64,000 nucleotides of DNA from Rickettsiales bacterium (ex Bugula neritina AB1) (GCA_001730065.1 MDLE01000007.1:4435-68434); one strand, 5' to 3'; numbered from the stretch's first letter, positions 19,286 through 28,726 are shown. Notes: a model not told the origin generated them from the sequence alone. Numbers and translations are program-made.

Positions 19286-20413
19286 TTGAATTTTGATCTG
19301 TTAAAAAATTCTTCTAATATAGCAGTAGCTTTTTCAGGTGGAAAAGATAGTACTTTTTTATTATTACATACTTTTGATTGGTGTAAAAAAAATAATAAAA
19401 AATTTTTTGGTGCTATTATTATTAATCATAATTTAAGAGAAAACATTCGAGAAGAAATAAATAATTTAAAAAAATATTGGTGTTCTTCTATTAAAATAGA
19501 AGTTATTGAATGGACTAATCCTATTAAATCCCAAAAACATGCCCGTAATTTCCGTTTAAATTCTTTAAGTTTCTTTGCTATTAAAAATAATATTGATACA
19601 ATTCTTTTAGGTCATAATTTAGAAGATAAAATATATACTTTTTTTTTACGAAAAGAACGTAATTCTAGCGAATGGGGATTAGCATCTATTAGTTCTATTA
19701 CAATTATTAATACAATTAAATTTATTAGACCAATTCTTTCAGTTAGTGAAGATTATATATATGATTTTTTAAAAAAAAAACAAATTTTTTATGTAAAAGA
19801 TCCTTCAAATGATATTTGTATATACCGTCGTAATTATCTTCGTAAAAATTTATCCTTTAATTATAATAATACCTTAAAAAATATTAATTATTATGGGAAA
19901 GAACGACAAATAATAAATAATTATATTCAAGATTGGATAAAAAAATATTTTCATCAAAATAATTTATTTTCTGGCGGTTTTTTTTTACATAACTTACCGA
20001 AAGAATTAGAAATTTATAGTAAAATTTTAGGATATATTATAAATATAATCACAGGAAATATTGTTAGTAATTTTGAGATATTTCAAAATTTTTTTCATAA
20101 AAATACAGAAGTAATTCATGGATGTGTTTTTCATAAATCATATAATTTATTTACAACTGTTATTACCGTATATAAAAGTTATAAATATCAAATTTTAGAT
20201 GGGGAGGGTATATGGCAAAAAACATTCCTATTATTAAGTTGTTCATCTTCTATATATGTAGAAAATAACAAAGACTTGTATTTGTACAAATCTTACATAA
20301 ATCCAAATATACCATTATTAAATAAAACAAAACCTTTAATACTTAAAAAAGAAAAATGGAATAATATTATTATAAATCATATTCTACCTAATTATATATG
20401 TACTTTTGTATAA
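19286..20413 (+). CDS. tilS: tRNA(Ile)-lysidine synthase
   Basis: N-terminal PP-loop AVAFSGGKDSTFLL and the conserved GHNLEDK motif. TTG start. Confidence 0.85.
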   Translation: MNFDLLKNSSNIAVAFSGGKDSTFLLLHTFDWCKKNNKKFFGAIIINHNLRENIREEINNLKKYWCSSIKIEVIEWTNPIKSQKHARNFRLNSLSFFAIKNNIDTILLGHNLEDKIYTFFLRKERNSSEWGLASISSITIINTIKFIRPILSVSEDYIYDFLKKKQIFYVKDPSNDICIYRRNYLRKNLSFNYNNTLKNINYYGKERQIINNYIQDWIKKYFHQNNLFSGGFFLHNLPKELEIYSKILGYIINIITGNIVSNFEIFQNFFHKNTEVIHGCVFHKSYNLFTTVITVYKSYKYQILDGEGIWQKTFLLLSCSSSIYVENNKDLYLYKSYINPNIPLLNKTKPLILKKEKWNNIIINHILPNYICTFV

Positions 20414-20417
20414 ATCG

Positions 20418-20489
20418 TGGGCGATACAAGATTCGAACTTGTGACCTAACCGTTATGAGCGGTGTGCTCTGCCGCTGAGCTAATCGCCC
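20418..20489 (-). tRNA. tRNA with CAU anticodon (elongator Met or lysidine-modified Ile2; not an initiator)
   Basis: The minus-strand sequence GGGCGATTAGCTCAGCGGCAGAGCACACCGCTCATAACGGTTAGGTCACAAGTTCGAATCTTGTATCGCCCA has a 7-bp acceptor with a G1-C72 pair, the loop CTCATAA and the T-loop TTCGAAT. There is no GGG/CCC in the anticodon stem. Confidence 0.9.
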
Positions 20490-20556
20490 TTTTATTTATT
20501 TAATTATAGAAGAATTTTTATATAATTACAATGTATCTAGAAAATATTTTTATAAT

Positions 20557-23052
20557 TTATGCTAATAAATATTTTTTTTCGGTATTACTATATTTTGTTT
20601 TAAATTCTTTATATGCATCTTCACAAATAGACGGAAAATATAATTTTTTTCTATTTTTCTTTAAATATTGTTCATTACAAACATTCTTACAACATTTATA
20701 CAAATTATTCATTGATTTTTCATATCTTTCTAGATAATTATTTTTAGATTCATGAGAATGATAAATATGATCTTTTTCAAAATTTTTTATTAAATTATTT
20801 ATATAATCTATAGCTTTTTTTTTTTCCTTTTCTGTTAGAATATTATAATATCCTTCTAAATTCAAAAAAACAATTATATTCCAGGAATTATACTCTTTTG
20901 TAAATATTTTTTGTATATCATCTAATTGATGGTGAATAAGAGTATATTTAATTACTTTTTTTAATACATCTATATCATCATTAAAATTTTTATCAAAATT
21001 TTTATGTATAAAATTTATAATATTTTTTAATATAGTTAATTTTTCTATGTATGAGATATTTTTTATCTCATAATCGTATTGCAAATGATTAGGAGTATTT
21101 AGTAATTTCAAATTTTTATTAACACATAGCATATTAAACATGTTATTACCTTTTATATATTCTAAATATAAAATAAAATCATTTTTTACAATATTATTAA
21201 TAAATTCAAATATTATTTGTAAATTATTTTCTAAATCATCATAAGATGTAATGTTGAATTGATCTACAAGATTATATAATTCATTTAACATATTGTGTAT
21301 AGTAGGATTAACTACATTAGTATATTTTAAATGTAAATTTTTGATGTTATTATAAAAATTTTCATTAATTAACTTAGTATAGTTATTAAAATTTTTTATT
21401 AATTCTTTTATATTTGTATTATAAATACTTAATTTATTATTAATACATATTACAATATTAAGATATTCTATTAGGAGTAAAATTTTTTCTTTTATGGAGT
21501 AGTCTATGAATAATTGTGAATCTCTAACACATGAATATTGTATAATATTATTTTTATTTACAAAATCTATAATTTCTTGTAAATCTTCTAATATTAAATC
21601 TAAATTAACATCTTCTTCACCTATTATATTATATATATTTAAGATATTTGCAAATAAATTTTCTATAAAACTAATATCTATATCGTTATCTACACTAGTA
21701 ATATCTATATCGTTATCTACACTAGTAATATCTATATCGTTATTTATACAAAATTTAAAAAATATTTTAAATTTATATAAATAATCTTCTAAATTCTTTA
21801 TAGAATTTATATCCCCGTAAGGATATATTTTAGTACTTTGTCCTTCTATTAAATTACATAAATAATATAGTTGTTGTATTTTTTTTTCTTGAAGTTTATC
21901 ATATATATAAAAAACTTCTGGATTAATTTTATTCAATAAATAAAAATTTTCTTCTATAAATTCATTTAATGAGTAAAAAACTCTCAAAACCTCTTCAAAA
22001 CTATCTATTTTTAAATTTAAATTCTTACATGTCTCAATAATTAATGAAAAGTATTTATGTAAATCACTATTATATTCCTTATCTTTAATTATTTTAAAAT
22101 TTTTTTTATCATCATATAAGACTAATATATTAGGTTCTTGTATTTCAGTGATATTAATTAATTCCTCTAAAGAATTCTTAGTTATTGGAATATTGTTTTT
22201 TGGTATTATTTGATATATATTTTTTAGTTGATTTAAAGATACTGCATTTTCAATTTCCAATCCTGATTGTAAATTTTTTTTTACGTATATTTTTTCAATT
22301 TTATAGTAAGTATTAATTGTATTGTTGATATTATTATCTATACCTAACATTTTATTTATTTTACTGATAATAGAAAAAACATTACATACTAATTCAAATT
22401 TTTCATCATCACTCATAGTTTTGATATTTTTTTTACCGTTGATTACTATATCATTATTATGATATAAATTTGGTTCTTTCTCTATAAATATCAAAATTTG
22501 TCGTAAATCTTTTATTAATGATTGAAAGTGATTTTCTAACATTAAATTATTTTTAGAATATTTTTTATTATGTAATCGAAACAAAATTTTATTAAAAAAT
22601 TTTAATATGGTAATAATATTTGATTTTATAGGTTGATGGCCAATGTTATTATTGAACATTATAATCTCATCATGCTGCAAGTATAATATTAATATATTAC
22701 TATAAATATCATCAAATCTTTTAAATAACTTTTGTAATGTTATTTCTTCACGCGATAACATATAAGTTTTTTTTATTTCTTCTAAAATCATTAATATTTG
22801 TTTAATTTTTTCAGGTTCTTCCAAGTCTTTTAAGTGTGTTGTTTTTCTTATATTATTACTATTATAATGATTATAATAATTATAAATAAGTTTTTCCCCA
22901 TATTTTTCTACAAATTCTTCTATAAACCTCTTTGTTACTTGTATTGAATATTTTTGTAATTTTAATTTTTCTAAAAAATTTATATAGTAATTATTAATTG
23001 TATTACTATTTATACAAGAAAAGTAACAAAAAAATATGAGATTTAATAACAT
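20557..23052 (-). CDS. Large orphan protein (831 aa), signal-like N-terminus, N/K/I-rich, with DIDITSVDN repeat and Cys-containing C-terminus
   Basis: An uninterrupted 2.5-kb ORF in a stop-codon-rich AT background. N-terminus MLLNLIFFCYFSCINS. No recognisable catalytic motif. Confidence 0.45.
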   Translation of the reverse strand: MLLNLIFFCYFSCINSNTINNYYINFLEKLKLQKYSIQVTKRFIEEFVEKYGEKLIYNYYNHYNSNNIRKTTHLKDLEEPEKIKQILMILEEIKKTYMLSREEITLQKLFKRFDDIYSNILILYLQHDEIIMFNNNIGHQPIKSNIITILKFFNKILFRLHNKKYSKNNLMLENHFQSLIKDLRQILIFIEKEPNLYHNNDIVINGKKNIKTMSDDEKFELVCNVFSIISKINKMLGIDNNINNTINTYYKIEKIYVKKNLQSGLEIENAVSLNQLKNIYQIIPKNNIPITKNSLEELINITEIQEPNILVLYDDKKNFKIIKDKEYNSDLHKYFSLIIETCKNLNLKIDSFEEVLRVFYSLNEFIEENFYLLNKINPEVFYIYDKLQEKKIQQLYYLCNLIEGQSTKIYPYGDINSIKNLEDYLYKFKIFFKFCINNDIDITSVDNDIDITSVDNDIDISFIENLFANILNIYNIIGEEDVNLDLILEDLQEIIDFVNKNNIIQYSCVRDSQLFIDYSIKEKILLLIEYLNIVICINNKLSIYNTNIKELIKNFNNYTKLINENFYNNIKNLHLKYTNVVNPTIHNMLNELYNLVDQFNITSYDDLENNLQIIFEFINNIVKNDFILYLEYIKGNNMFNMLCVNKNLKLLNTPNHLQYDYEIKNISYIEKLTILKNIINFIHKNFDKNFNDDIDVLKKVIKYTLIHHQLDDIQKIFTKEYNSWNIIVFLNLEGYYNILTEKEKKKAIDYINNLIKNFEKDHIYHSHESKNNYLERYEKSMNNLYKCCKNVCNEQYLKKNRKKLYFPSICEDAYKEFKTKYSNTEKKYLLA
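21674..21743 (-). repeat. In-frame 27-nt tandem repeat, about 2.6 copies (plus-strand unit atatctatatcgttatctacactagta)
   Basis: Two identical 27-nt units at 21674-21700 and 21701-21727, then a 16-nt partial copy. They encode (N)DIDITSVD units in the 831-aa protein. Confidence 0.9.
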
Positions 23053-23135
23053 TTTGTTAATGATATTATATATTTATTAATAATAAAAAATAAATTTTTT
23101 TATTTGAATATTTACTTATATGTTATTATTTAATA

Positions 23136-23418
23136 GCACTAAGTGCTATGGTAATAGATCTTAGTTTTGTAAAATTAAAAAGACCCGGGGGCGGTACCCG
23201 GCTTCTCCACTTATGGGGAAGAATAGTTATCGATTTTTAATGGAATAAACTAAGTTACCAGGTAGTAATTCTCCCTTAAAAAGAATTAAGAAAAACGTGC
23301 AAATAAAACAGAAAAATCTGTGTTTGAATTGTCAAATTTGTTACTAATAAATAGTAGTCCAATGACAGTTTGTATTTAATACAGGACAGTAGAATTAAAA
23401 ATTTTCTACTGTTTTTTT
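23136..23418 (+). ncRNA. ssrA: Circularly permuted (two-piece, alphaproteobacterial type) tmRNA gene: acceptor piece, 5-nt spacer, coding piece
   Basis: This is the most GC-rich patch in the window. The acceptor stem pairs 5' GGGGAAG (23215-23221) with CTTCTCC (23202-23208), giving G3:U70 and A73 (23209). The T-arm is CCGGG (23185-23189) / CCCGG (23197-23201). The 3' strand lies upstream of the 5' strand, which makes the gene permuted. A long-range helix joins CTTAGTTT (23160-23167) to AAACTAAG (23247-23254) and GGTAA (23150-23154) to TTACC (23255-23259). A candidate tag ORF runs from GCA at 23299 to TAA at 23377-23379. The outer boundaries are approximate. Confidence 0.7.
23386..23418 (+). 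terminator. Rho-independent-type hairpin plus T-run at the 3' end of the tmRNA coding piece
   Basis: ACAGTAGAA (23386-23394) pairs with TTCTACTGT (23404-23412), followed by a T tract. Confidence 0.55.
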
Positions 23419-23506
23419 AAAAAATTTATTTTTTATGGGAATAATTTATTTTAATAAATATAACCACACTGATAAAAAAATATAATAATTTCAGTTAATA
23501 TATATT

Positions 23507-24316
23507 TTAATTTACAATATCAATATATAAATGACACTTTTTTCCCGTAAAACTTTTTATGTTTTTTGCGGCAAGCATAGAAATTTCTTTGATTTTTCCT
23601 AAAATAATATGATGTGCAGATTTTTTTATAAGAATATTTTGATATACAATTAATTCATTTTTTTGATTAGATTTAATAGAAGTAGTATTAATAATTACTT
23701 CATAGGGAATTTCTTCATAAAAGTTTTGAAAAATAATTTCTCTTGTAGCTTCTGTAATTTTTTCCTGTAAACACATATTTGAGGAAATATTTTTATTATA
23801 TAACCACTTTCCTGGTACAGTTTTTTTTATTAAAAAATCCACTAATTCTTTTATACCATTTTTAGGTATATCTTTTACAGAAATATATAAAATTTCTTTA
23901 AAGCCATTTTCCTTTAAAAAAGCTGTAATAGGTAATAATTTCATTTTTTTTATTAAATCTATTTTTGTAATTAATGCTATTTTATTTTTTACTACTAAAC
24001 TCATCATGAGAATCTTACTATTAATAGGTTTGTTTGCAGGAAATGTAAATATATTTAAAGTATTATTTTCATTTAAAATAGATGAATTTACAAGCCTATT
24101 TAAATTACTACCAGAGTTTTTATTAACACCCGGTGTATCCGTAAAAACAATTTGATTATTATCAATTGTTAAAACACCACTAAAATGATTATGAATGGTG
24201 GTTTGTGGTTTGTTAGATACAGCGACAATTTTCCTGTTTAATATTGTATTAATAATACTTGATTTACCACTATTAGGTATACCAATTATACTTACAAATA
24301 AATGATTTTTTTCCAT
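23507..24316 (-). CDS. era: GTPase Era
   Basis: G1 GIPNSGKSSIIN, G3 DTPG, G4 TKID, and a C-terminal KH-like region. Confidence 0.88.
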   Translation of the reverse strand: MEKNHLFVSIIGIPNSGKSSIINTILNRKIVAVSNKPQTTIHNHFSGVLTIDNNQIVFTDTPGVNKNSGSNLNRLVNSSILNENNTLNIFTFPANKPINSKILMMSLVVKNKIALITKIDLIKKMKLLPITAFLKENGFKEILYISVKDIPKNGIKELVDFLIKKTVPGKWLYNKNISSNMCLQEKITEATREIIFQNFYEEIPYEVIINTTSIKSNQKNELIVYQNILIKKSAHHIILGKIKEISMLAAKNIKSFTGKKCHLYIDIVN

Positions 24317-24444
24317 TATTGTTTTGCTTTAAATTTTGGTTGATCTTTATTTATAAGATATAGATGCTTACCTCTTTTTACGATTTGTGATTTTGATTTA
24401 CCACCTCTTTTTTTTAAATTTTTTAAGGAACTAGTTCTTCTCAT
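24316..24444 (-). CDS. rpmJ: Ribosomal protein bL36, cysteine-free alphaproteobacterial/mitochondrial type (42 aa; below the ORF-track cutoff)
   Basis: My own translation gives MRRTSSLKNLKKRGGKSKSQIVKRGKHLYLINKDQPKFKAKQ, which fits the pattern M+xRxSLKxLK...(V)+R+G+xYxINKxxP+FKA+Q. Its stop overlaps the era ATG by 1 nt. Confidence 0.8.
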   Translation of the reverse strand: MRRTSSLKNLKKRGGKSKSQIVKRGKHLYLINKDQPKFKAKQ

Positions 24445-24496
24445 ACTAATTAATATGATATCATAACCACTAAGGATAAAAAAGAATTTTAAAGAT

Positions 24497-25513
24497 ATGA
24501 AAAATAATATTTTAATTGTTACAGGTGGTACAGGTGGTCATATTTTACCTGCTATTAATATATTCAATGAGTTATCTAAAGACAGATCTGTAATATTAAT
24601 AATAAATAAAAATGCAAAAAATAAATTTTTCAACTTTTTAAACTATAACCCTAATAAGGGGAGGGTAATATTCTCAGAAAATATAAGTTATAGTTGGAAA
24701 TTTCTTTATATTTTTTTAAAAACAATATTATTAAATTTTAAATATGTATATAATTCTAAATATATTTTAAGTTTTTCATCTTTACACACATTACCTATAT
24801 TATTTTTATCAGTTTTATTAAGAAAAAAAATATATTTACAGGAGTTAGATTCAGTTATTAATCGCACAAATAGAGTATTTTTGTTTTTTGTAGATAAAAT
24901 ATTAACAAATTTTTTTCATACAAATGATATTCCTAAAAAGTATAATAAAAAAATTTATAATATTGGTGTTGTAATTAATAAATTATCAATTGTAGACTCT
25001 AAAAACGTAATATTTGTGATGGGAGCTACAAATGGTTGGGAAATATTTGATAAAAAAATTAGTAATATTTTAGGAAATATAAAAAATTATATAATCTATC
25101 ATAATTGTCGTAAAGAAAATCTAAAATATTTAGAAAATTTTTATAAAAATATGGGTGTAAAAGCTATAGTAAGTGAATATTTTAAAAATTATGAATATAT
25201 TATTTCTATTAGTAGAATAATAATTACTCGTGGTGGTGCTTATTCACTAGCTTATATATGTGCTTATAATAAAAATGCTATTATAATCCCTTGGGAAAAA
25301 GCCGTGAATAATCATCAATTTATTAATAGTAAAAAAGTATTAGATGTCAATGGTGGGATAGTAGTAGAAGAAAAAAACATAAATAATATTTCTAAATATA
25401 TTAATTATTTTTTGAAAAATACATCTTCTATTGGAGGAAATATGAACAAAGTATTTAAAGTTGTTGATGCAAATAAGTATGTATATGAATTTTTAAAACT
25501 TATAGAAAGATAA
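24497..25513 (+). CDS. murG: Lipid II synthase (UDP-GlcNAc:MurNAc-pentapeptide-undecaprenol GlcNAc transferase)
   Basis: N-terminal ILIVTGGTGGHILPA and a C-terminal GT28 region (TRGGAYSLAYI). Confidence 0.88.
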   Translation: MKNNILIVTGGTGGHILPAINIFNELSKDRSVILIINKNAKNKFFNFLNYNPNKGRVIFSENISYSWKFLYIFLKTILLNFKYVYNSKYILSFSSLHTLPILFLSVLLRKKIYLQELDSVINRTNRVFLFFVDKILTNFFHTNDIPKKYNKKIYNIGVVINKLSIVDSKNVIFVMGATNGWEIFDKKISNILGNIKNYIIYHNCRKENLKYLENFYKNMGVKAIVSEYFKNYEYIISISRIIITRGGAYSLAYICAYNKNAIIIPWEKAVNNHQFINSKKVLDVNGGIVVEEKNINNISKYINYFLKNTSSIGGNMNKVFKVVDANKYVYEFLKLIER

Positions 25514-25516
25514 AAT

Positions 25517-26920
25517 TTAATTTATATTTAGTAAACAAAATTTTACGGATTCTTTATCAGAAATATAGGAGGTATAGTTTTTATAAATTATAGATTTTTC
25601 TGCTCCTTTACCTATAATTAGTATTACATGGTTTTTTGCCGCCATATTTATAGCCGTTTGTATTCCTAAAATACGTGAGCTAATATCAAAAATCATAGAA
25701 TTTTTACCAATAATTTGTTTTCGAATTTTTTTTGGATCTTCTTCTCGTGGATTTTCATCCGTTACAATAGTAATGTATGTTTTTTTAGAAAAATTACCAA
25801 TATCTCTCCTATAAGTATTACCTCTATTTCTATTACCACCTGCACCTGTTACTAAAATAATTCTTTTTTTTTTTTTAAAAATATTAATTATTTTTTCAAT
25901 TACATTTAATCTATAAGCATTATCAATATAAATTTCTGCACCTGTTTTAGTCACACCTACTTTTTCTATAATACCCGGTAAAGGTATAGAAATATTCATA
26001 TGATTAAAGACATCTTTATAGCCAAGTTCGTACAATAAAATCATAGAAGCGATTAAATTATTTTTAATATAATAAGGTAAATTAAAGGATTTTTTATACA
26101 TTACATTTTTATAGGTAAAACTACTATCTGTAATATTATTAATACTTTCTCCATAAACTATATGAGGTATTTTATCTAAATTATGTAAATTTTTTGAAAA
26201 TTTATTAGTAAAAATTTCTTCATTTACGACCTTAATAGGTAATGTTTTTATAAAACTTTCTTTACAGTCATAATAATCTTTTAAATTTTTAAAATACTCT
26301 ACATGATCTTTTGTAAATCCTGTAAAAATTCCTCCATCAAATTTAATATCTTTAATACGATTTTGATGAATTCCCGCATGTGTTACTTCTAATATAGCTA
26401 CCTCAATATCATTATTTACACTCTCATGTAAAATTCTTTTTAAATCTAGATTAGAAGGGGTTCCTGTTACAGTAACTTTAAGAAAATTTTTCTCTATTCC
26501 AGTAAATCCACGAGAATTATTCATAAATGTTTTAATGTTCATTTTTTTAAGTAAATTAAATAAAATTTGTGTTGTAGTAGTTTTACCATAACTACCTGTA
26601 ATTCCAATAATTTTTTTTGGTCTTTTATAGTAATATTCATCAATAATTTTTTGAATAATTTCAGGAGTAGTAGTAATAATAGGTATATTGATATTATTTG
26701 GTAAATATTTTTTTGATATTTCTGTACATAAAAAACCTTTAATATCTATTTTATTTATCATATCTCTTATAAGAGAAGAAAATAATTCTAAAGAAATATT
26801 TCTAATATTTTCTACTATAAAAATAGAATTATCTATTACTAACTCTGTGTGATTAAATAAATGTTTTGCATCAATAGAAAATTTTGTATACTTTTCAATG
26901 ATTTTTTTTAGTATTTGCAT
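25517..26920 (-). CDS. murE: UDP-MurNAc-L-Ala-D-Glu--meso-DAP ligase
   Basis: P-loop GITGSYGKTTTTQIL and the MurE-specific DNPR-type motif VTDENPREEDP. Confidence 0.9.
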   Translation of the reverse strand: MQILKKIIEKYTKFSIDAKHLFNHTELVIDNSIFIVENIRNISLELFSSLIRDMINKIDIKGFLCTEISKKYLPNNINIPIITTTPEIIQKIIDEYYYKRPKKIIGITGSYGKTTTTQILFNLLKKMNIKTFMNNSRGFTGIEKNFLKVTVTGTPSNLDLKRILHESVNNDIEVAILEVTHAGIHQNRIKDIKFDGGIFTGFTKDHVEYFKNLKDYYDCKESFIKTLPIKVVNEEIFTNKFSKNLHNLDKIPHIVYGESINNITDSSFTYKNVMYKKSFNLPYYIKNNLIASMILLYELGYKDVFNHMNISIPLPGIIEKVGVTKTGAEIYIDNAYRLNVIEKIINIFKKKKRIILVTGAGGNRNRGNTYRRDIGNFSKKTYITIVTDENPREEDPKKIRKQIIGKNSMIFDISSRILGIQTAINMAAKNHVILIIGKGAEKSIIYKNYTSYISDKESVKFCLLNIN

Positions 26921-27804
26921 ATTTCATCCAAAAAGTTCAATAAATATTTTTCTATATTAAAATCTATAAATGCATCTTTATTTTCCCCTGACACCTCTCC
27001 TAGTATATTAATATTTTTATTTTCCTCTAATAAACGAATTATCCAACCCATTAAAGGATTTGTATCGGTTTTTGTAATGATTATATTTTTTATATCTATT
27101 CCATTAGAAAAATATTCTAGAGATGTAAATACAGAATTACCAAAATTTCCATCCACTACTAATAGTATCTCTTTGTTGATATTAAACTTTTCAAAAGTTT
27201 TATTTATATGAATAATTTCTTCAAGTAAATTATTATTAGTATGAATTCTTCCTGCCATATCTAATAATAGATAATCATAGTTTTTTTCCTTTAAAATATT
27301 TTCACATAAATAAAAAGTATGTGCATTACTTTTTTTATGAATACTACTAATATATTCTACATTATATTTATTTGCTATTTTTTGTAATTGATCTATAGCT
27401 CCTGAACGAAAAAAATCTAAAGAACTCGTTGCAATTTTAAGGTCATTATTTTGTTGTTTTAAACGATTTATGATTTTACCTATTAAACTTGTTTTACCTA
27501 CACCATTATTTCCAATTAAAATAATAACTTTTGTGGTATTATTATCTAAAGAATTAATAAAATTATCCCAATTATTAACTCTATCCTTCCTTAATATTTT
27601 TAAAATTTCTTCCTTTAAAGTAATTTCAATATCTTTATAATTATTTTGACTTTTTATTTTTTTCATTAAATTATCTACTATAGAAAAGCTAAGGTTATTA
27701 TTTATTAATTTTTCTTCTAAACCCTTTATATAATTATTTAAACTAATATCTTTTTTATTTTTTCTAAATAAACTACAAAAAAATTTTTTTATTTTACTAA
27801 ACAT
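26908..27804 (-). CDS. ftsY: Signal recognition particle receptor FtsY (NG domain only)
   Basis: GNNGVGKTSLIGK (G1), DMAGR (G3), TKTD (G4). The start of murE overlaps its 3' end by 13 nt. Confidence 0.9.
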   Translation of the reverse strand: MFSKIKKFFCSLFRKNKKDISLNNYIKGLEEKLINNNLSFSIVDNLMKKIKSQNNYKDIEITLKEEILKILRKDRVNNWDNFINSLDNNTTKVIILIGNNGVGKTSLIGKIINRLKQQNNDLKIATSSLDFFRSGAIDQLQKIANKYNVEYISSIHKKSNAHTFYLCENILKEKNYDYLLLDMAGRIHTNNNLLEEIIHINKTFEKFNINKEILLVVDGNFGNSVFTSLEYFSNGIDIKNIIITKTDTNPLMGWIIRLLEENKNINILGEVSGENKDAFIDFNIEKYLLNFLDEICKY

Positions 27805-27849
27805 TTTAAAATAATATTACTACTTTTTTTATAATATTAAAATCATTTC

Positions 27850-28104
27850 TTAAAAAGAATAAAGAAGTATTTTGGGGTGTGTGATATTTTCATGAATAGA
27901 TTTTACATTAATTAAAACTTCTTTTTTATTTATAATTTTTGTATCAAAAGATAAATTTTTATTATAATGTTCTAAATCTTTTTTTATATCTTCTAGAGTT
28001 TTAGTGGAAAATCCATCAATAAATACTCTTAAATCATTATTTAATATTGTAGAAGGAGATGCATTTTCATCATTAAAAAAACCTATTATTTCATCTTTTA
28101 ACAT
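27850..28104 (-). CDS. Hypothetical protein (84 aa)
   Basis: ORF only; no motif recognised. Confidence 0.3.
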   Translation of the reverse strand: MLKDEIIGFFNDENASPSTILNNDLRVFIDGFSTKTLEDIKKDLEHYNKNLSFDTKIINKKEVLINVKSIHENITHPKILLYSF

Positions 28105-28165
28105 AATAAAAAATTCTAAAAAATATTAATTAAAATTTTATAACATTTTTATTTAATATAATTAT

Positions 28166-28726
28166 CTATGTATTTTGTAAAATACCTAAAAAATATATAA
28201 AATTTTTTTTTTCTAGTATTGATAATACATAAAAATTTTTAATATTATGTAAATTATTCATAATTTTTTCCTTTAAAAAACAAATTTTATTACCTATAAA
28301 AGAAAATTCATCTCTATATATATTTTGTTTTTTATTAAAAAATATTTTTGTAATATTTTCTATTGAATTATTACTACCAAATCCATAATAAACAAATTCA
28401 TCCTTATATTCTTTATGAATATTTATATTTTCTTTATAGAAGTATTTTGTATCTAAATCTTCATATTTTATATAATTTTTTTTTAATAAAATATCATTAA
28501 TATCATTTACATCTTCTATTATTTCATAAGCATTTTTAATAAATAATATTATTTCACTTACGGCATAATTATCAAAAATATTAAATATATTATAATAATT
28601 TCTCTCAAATTTTTCATATTCTAAAGCACATTCTAATAACAGAGTTCTATTACTCTTAGAAGAAAAAGGAATTATCATAAAATTATTACGAATTTGTTGT
28701 AAAAATATTTTATATAAAGTATTCAC
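28166..28726 (-). CDS. Hypothetical protein (186 aa)
   Basis: ORF only; no motif recognised. Confidence 0.3.
   Translation of the reverse strand: MNTLYKIFLQQIRNNFMIIPFSSKSNRTLLLECALEYEKFERNYYNIFNIFDNYAVSEIILFIKNAYEIIEDVNDINDILLKKNYIKYEDLDTKYFYKENINIHKEYKDEFVYYGFGSNNSIENITKIFFNKKQNIYRDEFSFIGNKICFLKEKIMNNLHNIKNFYVLSILEKKNFIYFLGILQNT

Noticed and set aside
21674-21743. Direct repeats (27-nt units here, 18-nt units at 17198-17287), considered as a possible CRISPR or mini-array.
   Set aside because: The units are contiguous with no spacers, lie in frame within long ORFs and encode peptide repeats. No cas genes are present.
23104-23132. A sigma70-like promoter (TTGAAT-N17-TATTTA) upstream of the tmRNA gene.
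   Set aside because: The -10 element matches only 3 of 6 positions and the surroundings are nearly pure A/T, so the match carries little information. It is not reported as a feature.
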